NCBI GenBank assembly: GCA_029288725.1
Contig: JARIGS010000023.1
Span: forward strand, 20,582-84,581
From: Candidatus Nomurabacteria bacterium
GTDB taxonomy: Bacteria > Patescibacteriota > Minisyncoccia > Phycocordibacterales > UBA9973
Length of the DNA: 64,000 nt
Reading direction: 5' to 3'
Shown: in pieces, positions 44,808 to 55,078 of the stretch
Layout of the letters: every line of letters starts with the position of its first letter
How positions within the stretch are numbered: the stretch's first letter is position 1
Notes under the pieces: model-generated
What the model was told of the DNA's origin: nothing
The model's input: only the letters and a program-made list of their open reading frames with translations
Databases searched by the model: none
Translations under genes and position numbers: made by a program

Positions 44808-45233
44808 ATGGAACATATTGCAATAATGAAACCGTCATGGGGGCTGATTCCAAAGATTATCTCCGGAGAAAAAACCATTGAATCACGTTGGTATCAGACC
44901 AAGCGGGCACCCTGGGATAAAGTTAAAAAAGGCGATACTGTCTATTTCAAAAATAGCGGTGCACTTGTCATGGCACAAGCGACCGTAGCAAAAGTACTGC
45001 AGTATGAAATTTCCACTAGATCAGAGCTCGCTGAAATTATCCGAACATATGGTAATCAGATATGTCTTGTTGAACAGGACCCAGACAAATGGAGCCGGGT
45101 TCCTAAATACGGCATCCTTATATTTCTCAAAAATCCTACCTTAATCGAAAAGCCTTTTGCTATCGATAAGAAAGGATTTGGTACCCCTGCCGCATGGTTG
45201 TGTGTGGAAGATATTGCTATACTTTCATCATGA
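44808..45233 (+). CDS. ASCH-domain (PUA-like) protein
   Basis: MKPSWGLIPKIISGEKTIESRWY... matches the ASCH N-terminal pattern (K-x-x-W-x-x-L-I-x-x-G-x-K-T-x-E-x-R). Confidence 0.55.
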   Translation: MEHIAIMKPSWGLIPKIISGEKTIESRWYQTKRAPWDKVKKGDTVYFKNSGALVMAQATVAKVLQYEISTRSELAEIIRTYGNQICLVEQDPDKWSRVPKYGILIFLKNPTLIEKPFAIDKKGFGTPAAWLCVEDIAILSS

Positions 45234-45811
45234 AACGACCAAACTTCCTTTATAGACTCCTTGTTCTGTCTTTTACGATCTCTTGTTTTTCTGAAGGCGT
45301 GATCGTGCCGATTTACGCGATCTTCGTGCAGAAGGTGGGTGGGGATATTTTAGATGCCGGTGTTGCAATGGGAATCTTCCTGATCACAGACGGTGTGTTT
45401 ACGATGCTCATTCACCGTATCAAATGGAATCCTCGTCAGAGATTGAACCTCTTGGTAGGGGGCTGGTTGATTTGGGTTATCGGTATTTTTTCCTATCTCT
45501 TGATTTCAAATATCTGGATGCTGTTCCTCTCACAAATTTTGACCGCTATCGGTAATGCCGTTGCCGACCCTGTTTTTGACCAGGAGCTATCTGATCACAC
45601 CGACAAGGATCTTGAAGAATTCGAATGGGGATTTTTTGAAGGCAGCAAATCGCTGATCGATGGTGCAGCGGCAATTATCGGTGCCAGCGTCGCTGCTTAC
45701 TTCGGCTTCAAGAACCTCATTTACACTATGATCGTTGCAGCAACACTCTCGTTTGTATTGATCGTGATCTATATCTCGAAGTTAAGAGGGAAGAAAATTG
45801 AAATATTATAG
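45230..45811 (+). CDS. Six-TM membrane protein resembling half of an MFS transporter
   Basis: ATGA overlap with the upstream stop. Hydrophobic helices. D-x-x-G-x-x-x-G-like loop motif. 193 aa. Confidence 0.4.
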   Translation: MKRPNFLYRLLVLSFTISCFSEGVIVPIYAIFVQKVGGDILDAGVAMGIFLITDGVFTMLIHRIKWNPRQRLNLLVGGWLIWVIGIFSYLLISNIWMLFLSQILTAIGNAVADPVFDQELSDHTDKDLEEFEWGFFEGSKSLIDGAAAIIGASVAAYFGFKNLIYTMIVAATLSFVLIVIYISKLRGKKIEIL

Positions 45812-46306
45812 GTGTTTCACCATTTCCAATTCTTCCAAGATGCTAAGTGCTGCTTGGCGCAAGTCTTCTGATTCGCTGGAAGCGGTGCATTCCTCGATGA
45901 CATAGCTGAAGAATCCGAGGTCGAAGGCCTCGTTGGCAGTGGCAAAGACACAGTCATTGGTGTCGAGACCGATGACATGAACCTCTTCGATATGGTGCTC
46001 CTTAAGAAATGCCGTGAGATCCTTGTCGCCCTTAAAGGCAGACTTAGTTTCTTTTTTGATATACAGATAATCATTCTGGGGAATTAATGATTTAACTTCC
46101 GGCACGGTGTCTTGCCAAGGAAAGGTCCAGTCTGATTGTCTTTGCCATAATGACCCTTCTGCTGCAGAGAATGTTACTTCAACATACGCATCGTATTTTT
46201 GTGTTTGAAACAGTTTCTCAACATTTGGAATAAGCCATTTATTTTCCTCGGTAATAAATCCTGGTTGAATGTCGACGATAATGAGAGCGGTTTTGCGTGT
46301 TTCCAT
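45806..46306 (-). CDS. Isochorismatase-family cysteine hydrolase (nicotinamidase-like)
   Basis: ALIIVDIQPGF ... K ... GLDTNDCVFATANEAFDLGF (Asp-Lys-Cys triad context). The ORF is open to 46393. Confidence 0.7.
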   Translation of the reverse strand: METRKTALIIVDIQPGFITEENKWLIPNVEKLFQTQKYDAYVEVTFSAAEGSLWQRQSDWTFPWQDTVPEVKSLIPQNDYLYIKKETKSAFKGDKDLTAFLKEHHIEEVHVIGLDTNDCVFATANEAFDLGFFSYVIEECTASSESEDLRQAALSILEELEMVKHL

Positions 46307-46336
46307 AATAACGGTATTATACGATATATACGCGAT

Positions 46337-46810
46337 ATGCCAGAATTCGATACACAACCCATTGCCGAGCGTGATATTGAGTATGTGGCGCATATCATGA
46401 GCAAGCGCTGGGGCACTTCATTAGAATGGTCACGGAAGGAAACAGCGCTCTATCTTGCACAAGATGCTATTTCCGCGGGGTTTTGTATTCACCATGAAGG
46501 AAACACCGTTGGTGTGGGATTATTTTCATTACACAATGAAGACGTATCGACTGAGTATGGACCATGGCTGTACTTATTATGGGTTGATCCAGAGTATAGA
46601 GGTTATGATTTAGGTATTCTGCTCACTCAAAAAAGAATGGAGCATGCTCGAAAGATGGGGTATAAGGAAATTTATCTTGATACCGTGGATGCTGCTCCAT
46701 ATCATAAGGCATTGGGTTGGGAAGAGGTTGGCACAGTGCGCTGGGAGGATAATCCCATACTCATTATGAAATGGGATTTAGCAAAGGAATTTCCGAACAG
46801 CACCAAATAA
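46337..46810 (+). CDS. GNAT-family N-acetyltransferase
   Basis: ...LWVDPEYRGYDLGILLTQKRMEHARKMGYKEIYLDT... (acetyl-CoA binding motif A, R-x-x-G-x-G). The ORF is open from 46199. Confidence 0.7.
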   Translation: MPEFDTQPIAERDIEYVAHIMSKRWGTSLEWSRKETALYLAQDAISAGFCIHHEGNTVGVGLFSLHNEDVSTEYGPWLYLLWVDPEYRGYDLGILLTQKRMEHARKMGYKEIYLDTVDAAPYHKALGWEEVGTVRWEDNPILIMKWDLAKEFPNSTK

Positions 46811-46830
46811 AGAATGGTATACTCATATCA

Positions 46831-47259
46831 ATGAACCCTGGATTTATCTATGCAATTGGTGCGGCAGTGGTGTGGGGAATCGTGTACTGCATTGACCAGC
46901 GCGTGCTTGATGCGACGTCACCATTGCCGCTGCTGTTTATTGACTCGCTAATTACTGCTATCGTGATGCTGCCGTTTATTTTTCATGAGCGTCATTCGGT
47001 TAAGGCGTTTTTGTCGTCAGGTAAGCTTAATCTCGAACTGATGTTTGCCTCAATCGTTCTTGCGGCAGTGGCAAACTTCTTAATTTTCTCCGGCATCAAA
47101 CTCGTTGGAGCCTCATCGGCTTCGATTATCGAAATCATGTATCCGTTTTTCGTAGTATTGTTCAGCTTTATCTTTTTTCGCACCACGCCAAGTACCTACT
47201 TCATCATCGGGGCCATCTTGGTCTTTATCGGTTCGGCACTGATCGTCTATCACCACTAA
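46831..47259 (+). CDS. EamA-domain (DMT superfamily) membrane protein, single-domain
   Basis: Five hydrophobic helices. AIGAAVVWGIVYCI and GSALIVY typical of EamA repeats. Confidence 0.5.
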   Translation: MNPGFIYAIGAAVVWGIVYCIDQRVLDATSPLPLLFIDSLITAIVMLPFIFHERHSVKAFLSSGKLNLELMFASIVLAAVANFLIFSGIKLVGASSASIIEIMYPFFVVLFSFIFFRTTPSTYFIIGAILVFIGSALIVYHH

Positions 47260-47320
47260 ATAAAGAATATCTTTAATAAAAATCGAGTTTTAATTTATCG
47301 CACTATGAGATAGTGTACGG

Positions 47321-47641
47321 ATGAAACGATACGCATTTATCGATGTTCAAAACACCGAAACAACCACCCTCAAACTGCTTCATTTTCAGCTTGACCATGC
47401 AAGGTTGTTTTTATATCTAAAAGATAAATGGAAATGCGAAAAAGTATTTTTCTATCCCGGCATAGGATATAACGATACTGAGAGGGAAAAAATGTTTTTA
47501 GAGCTTGCGGCAATGGGGGCAATAGTTCGTTCTAAATATTTTTTTACCTATAAAAATAAAGACAAGGTCATAACAACTATCTGTCCTCAATGTGAAGCTG
47601 TAATTACAAATTACTTCTCGCCTGTCGACAAGATTGCGTAA
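47321..47641 (+). CDS. Hypothetical protein
   Basis: 106 aa, AT-rich. Weak resemblance to NYN/LabA-like starts (AFIDVQN) and a CPQC pair. Function not assigned. Confidence 0.35.
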   Translation: MKRYAFIDVQNTETTTLKLLHFQLDHARLFLYLKDKWKCEKVFFYPGIGYNDTEREKMFLELAAMGAIVRSKYFFTYKNKDKVITTICPQCEAVITNYFSPVDKIA

Positions 47642-47831
47642 CCTTACCAGTAAAATTTATTGAGATAAATAACTTAAAATTTCAAATTAGAAAAAATGAA
47701 AAGGCCGCGAAGCGCGACCTTTCCTAATGACAAAAGGAAGTATAGAAAACTATTTTTACCAAGTCAAATGAGAAAATAATGGCTTGGGAAAATAAATTTT
47801 TCCTAAAGAAAAAAGGGCACTTATCCCACGT

Positions 47832-48623
47832 TTGGGAAAAATGGCGAGGGAGGGGATATGTTACACTGGAAGCATGACTACTTCATACAAAATTGTGCCG
47901 AGCGACTTCATGTTGGATGACGTATTGCCGGGAGAAATGAGCACTAAGCAGTATTCCTTCACCATCAAGGACATGCCAACCGAGGATAAGCCTCGGGAAA
48001 AGCTTGCCAAATATGGTCCGGCCGCATTATCGGTTCAGGAGCTCGTGGCAGTACTATTGATGACCGGTTCCAAGAAGGAAGACGTATTGAGCATGGCATC
48101 TCGCATCATCAAGGATTATGGTGAGAAGTCACTCAGCGGACAGACCAATGCCGAAGCAATGGCCAAGGATTTGGATATTCCATTGATTAAGGCCCAGCAG
48201 ATTGTGGCTTGTGCCGAACTTGGCCGCCGCTTCTTCGTGAAGCGGACTACTGGCCCGCAGACTATTCGCACGCCCAAGGATGTCTATGACTATTTATATG
48301 ACATGCGCAACTTGCCCAAGGAACACTTGCGCGGCATCTATCTCAATACCCACCACCGCGTTGTCCATGATGAAGTGATCTCAATCGGCACGATCAATGG
48401 CAATCTCATCCACCCTCGCGAAGTCTTCAAGCCGGCGATCGAGCATGGGGCAGCAGCAGTTATTCTTGCCCACAATCATCCGTCCGGTATCGTGACGCCA
48501 AGTCAGGCCGACATCGAGATCACCAAGCATATTGTCGAGGTTGGCAAACTGCTCGGTATTCCGGTGGTGGACCATGTCATTATCGGAAAGAACAAATTTA
48601 TCAGCATTGACGTAGCATACTAA
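47832..48623 (+). CDS. radC: RadC-family JAB/MPN-domain protein
   Basis: ...REVFKPAIEHGAAAVILAHNHPSG...PSQADIEITK (JAMM motif E ... H-x-H-P-x ... S ... D) plus an N-terminal HhH-like region. Start may be at 47874. Confidence 0.8.
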   Translation: MGKMAREGICYTGSMTTSYKIVPSDFMLDDVLPGEMSTKQYSFTIKDMPTEDKPREKLAKYGPAALSVQELVAVLLMTGSKKEDVLSMASRIIKDYGEKSLSGQTNAEAMAKDLDIPLIKAQQIVACAELGRRFFVKRTTGPQTIRTPKDVYDYLYDMRNLPKEHLRGIYLNTHHRVVHDEVISIGTINGNLIHPREVFKPAIEHGAAAVILAHNHPSGIVTPSQADIEITKHIVEVGKLLGIPVVDHVIIGKNKFISIDVAY

Positions 48624-48624
48624 T

Positions 48625-48888
48625 ATGAAAACAGCCAAACAGTACCGCATTCAGACCGTTCCCTCATACTTTTCAAATATCTCCTCCATCAATCGATTGG
48701 CCGTATTGCACGATGCACCGATTGAAGATGATCGCATGCAGCTGCAACTGTACTTCAATGACCTCTACCAGGTATTTCTCAAGCGCTTCTCAGCATTTGC
48801 GTATGCGGACTACTCCACTGAGGAATGCGATCAAATGATCACGATGTTTCAGGAAATCCTGAAAGTCAAAGCGCTTTTGTCCGCATAA
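48625..48888 (+). CDS. Hypothetical small protein, translationally coupled to radC
   Basis: ATG sits 1 nt after the radC stop. 87 aa. Its 3' end overlaps comF convergently by 40 nt. Confidence 0.35.
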   Translation: MKTAKQYRIQTVPSYFSNISSINRLAVLHDAPIEDDRMQLQLYFNDLYQVFLKRFSAFAYADYSTEECDQMITMFQEILKVKALLSA

Positions 48889-49538
48889 CCGTGCGCAACC
48901 GCAATTGCTCCAATGTGTCTTGCCCCAGCCGCGCGTAATGCGCGGCTGGCTTCGTTCACGGTGCCACCAGTCGTAATGACATCGTCTATTATTATATAGA
49001 GCGTATGTGGATCAAGAGTCTGATCGTTTTTAATACACATCGCATGGTACTGATTGCGAAGACGCTGCTGTCGGCTCTTCGTATGGGCTTGAGGAATAGT
49101 CGATCGTGTTTTCGCAAGGAGTGATTGTACGACAGTGTCGGGAATGACGGATTGCAGCCAGCGGGCGATCAGGGCGCTTTGATTAAAGCCACGACTAAAG
49201 GTCTTGGTCCGGTATTGAGGGATGGGTACTAGTACGATATGCTGGCCCTTTTTACTGAAGTCTTGTACAAAAGCATGCAGTGTTTCAGTACCATGCTGCA
49301 CCAATGCCTTCATGGCGCTGCTTTTGCGATGGTACTTTAATTCCCACACTGCCTGGCGAACGAGCGGGTGCCCATAATCAAATAACGCAATGGCATGGCC
49401 CTGGTTTTCAATGGGCAAGGCAAGGGGGATGTGCCCTATGCATGCAGGACAAAGGGCAGTACCGGCGGTCTGGCAGCCGTAACAGGTTTCGGGAAAGAAC
49501 AGGGCAAGCAGGCGATCAATCATGGCAATCATAGGCAT
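48849..49538 (-). CDS. comF: ComF/GntX-family competence phosphoribosyltransferase-domain protein
   Basis: N-terminal zinc finger CYGCQ...CPAC. C-terminal PRTase motif YIIIDDVITTGGT. Confidence 0.8.
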   Translation of the reverse strand: MPMIAMIDRLLALFFPETCYGCQTAGTALCPACIGHIPLALPIENQGHAIALFDYGHPLVRQAVWELKYHRKSSAMKALVQHGTETLHAFVQDFSKKGQHIVLVPIPQYRTKTFSRGFNQSALIARWLQSVIPDTVVQSLLAKTRSTIPQAHTKSRQQRLRNQYHAMCIKNDQTLDPHTLYIIIDDVITTGGTVNEASRALRAAGARHIGAIAVAHGYADKSALTFRIS

Positions 49539-49568
49539 TCCGGATTTTTGCGTTATACTGTCTACTAT

Positions 49569-50699
49569 ATGGATAGTATACTCGCCAGTATTAAAAACGT
49601 CTTCTCCAGTCTCCTGGGCAAGGCTAGTGACAATCGCGCAGTCGGTATCGACATTGGTACCAGTTCAATCAAGGTCGTTGAGTTAAAAAAGGAAGGAGGA
49701 AAAGTCCTGCTTGATACCTATGGGGCACTGGCATTGGGTCAGTACAATACCGACGGTCACATCGGACAGGTAACAAACCTTACGGCTGAAGTGTTGGCAA
49801 AGGCTTTGAAAGATGTACTGGAAGAGACAAAGATCACCAGTACCAACATCGTGCTCGGCATTCCTTCTGTATCATGCATTATTTTTATTTTGCAATTGCC
49901 GACTGAAATTGAGGAAAGCAACCTCCCACTCGTCATTCCAAATGAGGCAAAGAAGTTTATTCCCGTGCCGATCAATGACGTGTCATTGGACTGGTATGTC
50001 TTGCCGCGTCGCGAGGACTCCGGTACCGAAGCCCGTGTCTTGGCTGAAAGCGGTGGGGGAGCAAGCATGTCAGTCTTGGTAGTGGCAACGCTGAACGAAA
50101 CGCTTTCGAAATATACCGATGTTGCGCAGAAGGCCGCGCTTCCTGCTGACAGTTTGGAAATCGAAGTCTTCAGTCACATTCGTTCCGTCATGACTCGTGA
50201 ATTGTACCCGGTCATGATCGTTGATATCGGTGCCTCAAAGACCAAACTCACGATCGTGGAGCATGGCATCGTCGAAACGTTCCGTCTCGTCAATCACGGT
50301 TCACAGGACATGACCCTTGGTATCAGCCGCAGTCTTGAGCTGACCTTTGACCAGGCCGAAACGCTGAAGAAGCAGTATGGTTTGGCTGCACCATCGGAAT
50401 ATCCGCACCTTGCCGAACCGATCAAGCAACAGCTGGCTGAAATTTTTCAGGAAACCAATGCAACGATCCTGGCATTTGAAAAACGCTACAACAAAAATAT
50501 CGGCAAGATCATTTTCACTGGCGGAGGAGCGATGACCCATGGCCTCCTCGACTATGCCAAACAGAGCTTCGCGGCAGAATTGGCCATTGCCGATCCGTTT
50601 GCAAAAGTTGAGGCCCCAGTATTTCTTGGCGGTGTCTTAAAAAACACCGGCCCGGAGTTTTCCGTTGCAATTGGTCTGGCATTAAAGAAGATGCAGTAG
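49569..50699 (+). CDS. pilM: Type IV pilus assembly ATPase-fold protein PilM
   Basis: VGIDIGTSSIKVVEL and IVDIGASKTKLTIV actin-like motifs. The ORF is open from 49395, overlapping comF. Confidence 0.8.
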   Translation: MDSILASIKNVFSSLLGKASDNRAVGIDIGTSSIKVVELKKEGGKVLLDTYGALALGQYNTDGHIGQVTNLTAEVLAKALKDVLEETKITSTNIVLGIPSVSCIIFILQLPTEIEESNLPLVIPNEAKKFIPVPINDVSLDWYVLPRREDSGTEARVLAESGGGASMSVLVVATLNETLSKYTDVAQKAALPADSLEIEVFSHIRSVMTRELYPVMIVDIGASKTKLTIVEHGIVETFRLVNHGSQDMTLGISRSLELTFDQAETLKKQYGLAAPSEYPHLAEPIKQQLAEIFQETNATILAFEKRYNKNIGKIIFTGGGAMTHGLLDYAKQSFAAELAIADPFAKVEAPVFLGGVLKNTGPEFSVAIGLALKKMQ

Positions 50700-50715
50700 T
50701 ATACTTTGTATACCA

Positions 50716-51390
50716 ATGGAACCAGTCGTCGCCACATCGTTCATTCCAAAACGGCCTGTCTCAACTGAGCCTGTTTCAACTCCACACAAAAGTGCCGCAG
50801 TCGGGCTTTTGTCATTCATCACTATCATTGTAGTCATCGGTACCGTGCTTGCATTTGGCGGTGTGTACCTCTATCAGCAGTCACTTGTTTCAAAAAAGAC
50901 TCAATTGCAAACCTCCATCACTCAGGCTCAGGATGGATTGGGCAGTTCATTCGTGTCTGACATGAAGCGTTTGAGCAATCGTATCAATGGCGTAAAGACC
51001 CTTCTTCAGAACCATGTCGTAGTCTCACCAATTTTTGCCGCATTGCAGGCAACGACGCTGCAGTCCGTGCAGTACAAGAGCTTTACTTATGAGTTCACCA
51101 CTGACCCTGGTACCAAGACCAAGCTTGTGCAGGTTCATATCGAAGGAGTGGCAAAAAACTATGCGACCCTCGCATTGCAATCCGATGCGTTTGCAAAAAG
51201 CACGATCATTCGCAACCCTATTTTCTCTGACCTGACCGTTGAGGACAAGACTCAGCAGATTGACTTCAAGCTGCTCTTTACCGTCAATCCAAGCGACTTG
51301 TCATATCAGACATTTATCAACAGCCTTCCTACAAATCCTTTGAATACCACTCCGGCTGCTTCCGTAACAGCTAATCCTACCAGTCAATAA
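50716..51390 (+). CDS. pilN: PilN-like bitopic pilus assembly protein
   Basis: Single N-terminal TM helix then a periplasmic-type domain. Positioned directly after pilM. Confidence 0.5.
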   Translation: MEPVVATSFIPKRPVSTEPVSTPHKSAAVGLLSFITIIVVIGTVLAFGGVYLYQQSLVSKKTQLQTSITQAQDGLGSSFVSDMKRLSNRINGVKTLLQNHVVVSPIFAALQATTLQSVQYKSFTYEFTTDPGTKTKLVQVHIEGVAKNYATLALQSDAFAKSTIIRNPIFSDLTVEDKTQQIDFKLLFTVNPSDLSYQTFINSLPTNPLNTTPAASVTANPTSQ

Positions 51391-51391
51391 C

Positions 51392-51997
51392 ATGCGATAC
51401 TTTTTTCTTCTCTTACTCATAGCAGCGTCAGTCGGAGTGTTTATCACCCTGATTATTCCTCGTTATGATGTGATCAAGACTGAACAGGCTGACATTGCCA
51501 CTTACAATGCAAACCTTGCTACGGCCAACCAGCTTCAACAGTCTCGCGATGCACTGATTGCGCAGTACAACAACATTCCCAAGGCTGATTTGGATAATAT
51601 CAAAACGCTGTTGCCTGACAGCGTCGACAACATCCGTCTGATCATTCAGCTCGATGCGCTCGCTACCAAGAACGGCCTGTCATCATTGCGTCAGGTTGAT
51701 TACAATCCGGCCCAGGCTGCAACCAGTGCTACTGCCACCACCGCCAATGCACCTACTGCGGCTACCACTACTGCTGATCCAACCGTCAGTCAGTTACCGT
51801 ATGGTGAATTTGTCATTTCATTTACGACTAGTGGACAGTACTCCAACTTCCTGTCATTCCTTTCCGATCTTGAACAGAATCTCCGTCTCGTTGACGTAAC
51901 GGATATTGAATTTACACCAAGTACCAGTGGCCCTCAGACTGCTGCCAGCGGACTGTCGTACAAGGTAACGTTAAAAACCTATTGGCTAAAACAATAA
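51392..51997 (+). CDS. pilO: PilO-like bitopic pilus assembly protein
   Basis: Single TM helix. Coiled-coil region then a beta domain. Positioned after pilN. Confidence 0.5.
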   Translation: MRYFFLLLLIAASVGVFITLIIPRYDVIKTEQADIATYNANLATANQLQQSRDALIAQYNNIPKADLDNIKTLLPDSVDNIRLIIQLDALATKNGLSSLRQVDYNPAQAATSATATTANAPTAATTTADPTVSQLPYGEFVISFTTSGQYSNFLSFLSDLEQNLRLVDVTDIEFTPSTSGPQTAASGLSYKVTLKTYWLKQ

Positions 51998-51998
51998 C

Positions 51999-52652
51999 AT
52001 GAGTAAAAAAGTCAAAATTTTTGGTATCGTCGGACTGGTCCTTGCAATCATCATTGCGGTAGCTTCATATTTCGGTAATAGCGCTCCAGTTGTTTCAAAC
52101 AATGGCTTGAGCAGTTCAGCATCGACCATCGTACCAGGCAATGGCGGTACCGTTACACCAAGTATGAGCACCAATGCTTTTTCAGGTACTCTTGCAAGCA
52201 TTAATGGTATCAACTTGGATACGTCAATTTTTCAAAATGCTGGATACAAGGCCCTTCGGGATTATCCGGTGACGCTCGGAAGTGCGGTTATCGGCCGTCA
52301 GAATCCATTCGCCCCATTGGGTAGTGACAGTGCTACACCGCAGACTGCCGCACCATTGCAGGTGCAAACTTTGGCAGTCGGTAAGGTCCTTACGACATCA
52401 GCGGAGTTCGGTGCCCTTGTTACGGCTGCGACCACTGATCCAGTGACGGTAGTATTTCAATACGGTACCAGTGACGCATTTGGCTCAGCGACTCCACCGG
52501 TCAAGGTAACAAAAAATGGCACTGCCGTTTTTACCGCTACCGGTCTTACTCCAGGAACACCGTACTATGTTGAGGCAGTAGCAGTACAGGGATCGAGTAC
52601 TGCAACGGGCAGCGTTATGAATTTCACCACTGCGGGAACGCAGAAGCACTAA
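51999..52652 (+). CDS. Membrane-anchored pilus-assembly accessory protein with C-terminal FN3-like beta domain
   Basis: TM helix. Ser/Thr-rich linker. TPGTPYYVEAVAVQG. No secretin-like domain. Confidence 0.4.
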   Translation: MSKKVKIFGIVGLVLAIIIAVASYFGNSAPVVSNNGLSSSASTIVPGNGGTVTPSMSTNAFSGTLASINGINLDTSIFQNAGYKALRDYPVTLGSAVIGRQNPFAPLGSDSATPQTAAPLQVQTLAVGKVLTTSAEFGALVTAATTDPVTVVFQYGTSDAFGSATPPVKVTKNGTAVFTATGLTPGTPYYVEAVAVQGSSTATGSVMNFTTAGTQKH

Positions 52653-54392
52653 ATGTTTCTCGACTTTCTTCTCTCTCAAAGCATCATCACCGAGCTGCAA
52701 TACAATCGCGTGATGGCGGAACTTGACCATGAGTATCATGGCGATATCAATGCGGCATTGAAGGGTATTGGCCTGACCGAAGAGGTAGTGACGCAGGCAA
52801 AGTCCACCTTCTATCACTTGCCGTACGTAAAGGTTGATACCACTCAGATTGCCGGCAATGCGCTCAGGTATATTCCTGAGGAAGCGGCTCGTCAGTATAA
52901 GTTCATTCCGATTTCATTTGCGGATGGAGTGCTTTCTGTTGGGGTGACCGAACCGGAAAATATCGAGACCATGAACGCATTGCAGTTTCTATCAGTGAAG
53001 CTTGGCGTGCCGTTCAAGATTTTCCTGGTATCGGTTTCCGACTTTACGAAAGTGATGGAAAGCTACAAGAACATGGCTCAGCAGAACGTTGACGCCCAAG
53101 TCGATGAGTTCAATGGGGAATTGGAAATGGCCAATAAAAAGGACGGCACTGTTGATAACGCCGCATTGAAAAAATCCATTCTTGATGGCACGGCTCAGCA
53201 GGAAAAGATCGTTGAAGATGCGCCGATTGTGAAGATCGTGGCAGTGATCATTGAGCATGCCGTTGAAGGGGGAGCGTCCGATATTCACATTGAAAATGAT
53301 GGGGCATCGGTGAAGGTGCGCTATCGTGTTGATGGTACCTTGCACACTACGTTGGTATTGCCGCTGACCAGTTTCGATGCCATCGTGGCTCGTATTAAAA
53401 TTCTTTCGAAACTGCGTTTGGATGAGAAGCGCAAGCCGCAGGACGGTAGCTTCGCGACCACTATTGAGGGCAGAAAAATTGAATTCCGTGTCTCAACATT
53501 CCCAGCCTACTATGGTGAAAAGGTCGTGATGCGTATCTTGGACTCCGAGCATGGCGTGAAAAATTTGGAAGACCTTGATCTGTCTGCCCATGACTTGCAG
53601 CTCATTCAGGCGGCATTGCAGAAGCCGTACGGCATGATTCTGATTTCTGGACCAACTGGTTCCGGTAAGAGTACCAGTGTCTATGCCATGCTTGGTGCGG
53701 TTGATAAGGAAGGGAACAACGTGGTGTCACTTGAAGACCCGGTTGAATATCAGATTCCCGGCGTAACGCAGTCACAGGTGCTGCCGGAAATTGGCTATAC
53801 CTTTGCCACTGGTTTGCGCGCGATTCTCCGTCAGGACCCGAACATCATCATGGTCGGAGAAATTCGTGATAAAGAAACGGCGCAGTTGGCCATTCAAGCC
53901 GCCCTCACGGGGCACATCGTGGTGTCGACTATCCACACTAACAATGCGATCGGTATCATTCCTCGTCTTGTTGATATGGGCGTTGATCCGTATCTGATTG
54001 CGCCAACGTTGATTCTCGGTATGGCCCAGCGTCTCGTTCGCCGTGTCCATCCTAGTGCTCGTCATGAAGTACCGATGGATGACGTAACCAAAGAAATGAT
54101 CAAGAAGGAATTTGCCGACTTTAATCCTGAGGAAGTTGCCAAGCTGAACATTGGCGACAAGATGTATGAAATCCGCCCTTCATCCGAAGCACCGTCCGGC
54201 ACTCGTGGCCGTATCGCAGTCTTTGAAATGTTTGCCGTTGACCGAGACATTCAGGAAGTTATTTTGAAAAATCCTACCGAACCCGAACTCTACAAAATTA
54301 CCCGTGCCAAAGGCATGCTGACCATGCGCGAAGACGCTCTCCTCAAAGCCCTCAAAGGCGAAGTGGTAATGGAAGAAGTCTACGGACTATAA
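52653..54392 (+). CDS. pilB: Type IV pilus assembly ATPase PilB (GspE family)
   Basis: GMILISGPTGSGKSTS Walker A. Asp box. His box. Tetracysteine-free N1/N2 domains. Confidence 0.92.
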   Translation: MFLDFLLSQSIITELQYNRVMAELDHEYHGDINAALKGIGLTEEVVTQAKSTFYHLPYVKVDTTQIAGNALRYIPEEAARQYKFIPISFADGVLSVGVTEPENIETMNALQFLSVKLGVPFKIFLVSVSDFTKVMESYKNMAQQNVDAQVDEFNGELEMANKKDGTVDNAALKKSILDGTAQQEKIVEDAPIVKIVAVIIEHAVEGGASDIHIENDGASVKVRYRVDGTLHTTLVLPLTSFDAIVARIKILSKLRLDEKRKPQDGSFATTIEGRKIEFRVSTFPAYYGEKVVMRILDSEHGVKNLEDLDLSAHDLQLIQAALQKPYGMILISGPTGSGKSTSVYAMLGAVDKEGNNVVSLEDPVEYQIPGVTQSQVLPEIGYTFATGLRAILRQDPNIIMVGEIRDKETAQLAIQAALTGHIVVSTIHTNNAIGIIPRLVDMGVDPYLIAPTLILGMAQRLVRRVHPSARHEVPMDDVTKEMIKKEFADFNPEEVAKLNIGDKMYEIRPSSEAPSGTRGRIAVFEMFAVDRDIQEVILKNPTEPELYKITRAKGMLTMREDALLKALKGEVVMEEVYGL

Positions 54393-54421
54393 TGTGCTAG
54401 CTGCCAGGCAGCTCTCAATTA

Positions 54422-54454
54422 AAAAACGCCTGAGAATAATTCTCAGGCGTTTTG
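54422..54454. terminator. Bidirectional terminator (AACGCCTGAGAAT-AAT-TCTCAGGCGTTTT)
   Basis: Stem-loop between pilB and the convergent minus-strand gene. Confidence 0.7.
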
Positions 54455-54465
54455 GCTGTTTGTCT

Positions 54466-54912
54466 TTATGCATACAATGCTGATACGAGGGGCACTGAGT
54501 TAATTAATGCAAGATCAAATGGTATTCTTTCGGCATTATGATCATATCTTTCAGCAGAAAGCCAGATTGTTCCAGAATATCGGTCCATGTCATCACCGAC
54601 ACCGGTTTTAAAGGTTCCATCAATATAGTCACCACAATGCCCAGTGAAGTTAAAATCAGACCCTGTCATTCTCATTAATGCGCCCAGGTGAGTTTTTAAA
54701 TTACTACTCCGCATGTCATGGTTACCGTGGTTAAAATCATCTACCAGCTCTTTTGAAATTTTGTCAGACTGAGTAATGCTGATGCATACTGCTTTTGATA
54801 AACATTGTGACTTATCAAGCAAAAGAAAGCAGATTTTTTTCGAAAACTCGCTGCCGTTCTCTGACCCTAATAGCATATACTTTAAGGCTTCTATTTGTTC
54901 CTGTTTAATCAT
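54466..54912 (-). CDS. Hypothetical protein (AT-rich insertion between pilB and pilT)
   Basis: 148 aa with an HGNHD motif (metallophosphoesterase-like third motif only). About 38% GC against about 50% for the flanking pil genes. Confidence 0.45.
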   Translation of the reverse strand: MIKQEQIEALKYMLLGSENGSEFSKKICFLLLDKSQCLSKAVCISITQSDKISKELVDDFNHGNHDMRSSNLKTHLGALMRMTGSDFNFTGHCGDYIDGTFKTGVGDDMDRYSGTIWLSAERYDHNAERIPFDLALINSVPLVSALYA

Positions 54913-55078
54913 GTTTTTAAGTTTTCTTCACATTACTGTATTCCATAAATTTGTCAACAATTTGTGCGGTGCTCGGTAACGCACAGACTAAATCACAAGA
55001 GTTTGTATGTATGTTAAACACTAAGTGTCGAACATAGAGTAGACGACAGATAGAGAAGCGGGGTATACTTGATGCAAC

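Noticed and set aside
47697-47730. GGCCGCGAAGCGCGACC hairpin after the 47321..47641 ORF
   Set aside because: The stem has a mismatch and lacks a clean T-run. It resembles the GC-repeat word GCGAAG only weakly. Not called as a terminator or a repeat copy.
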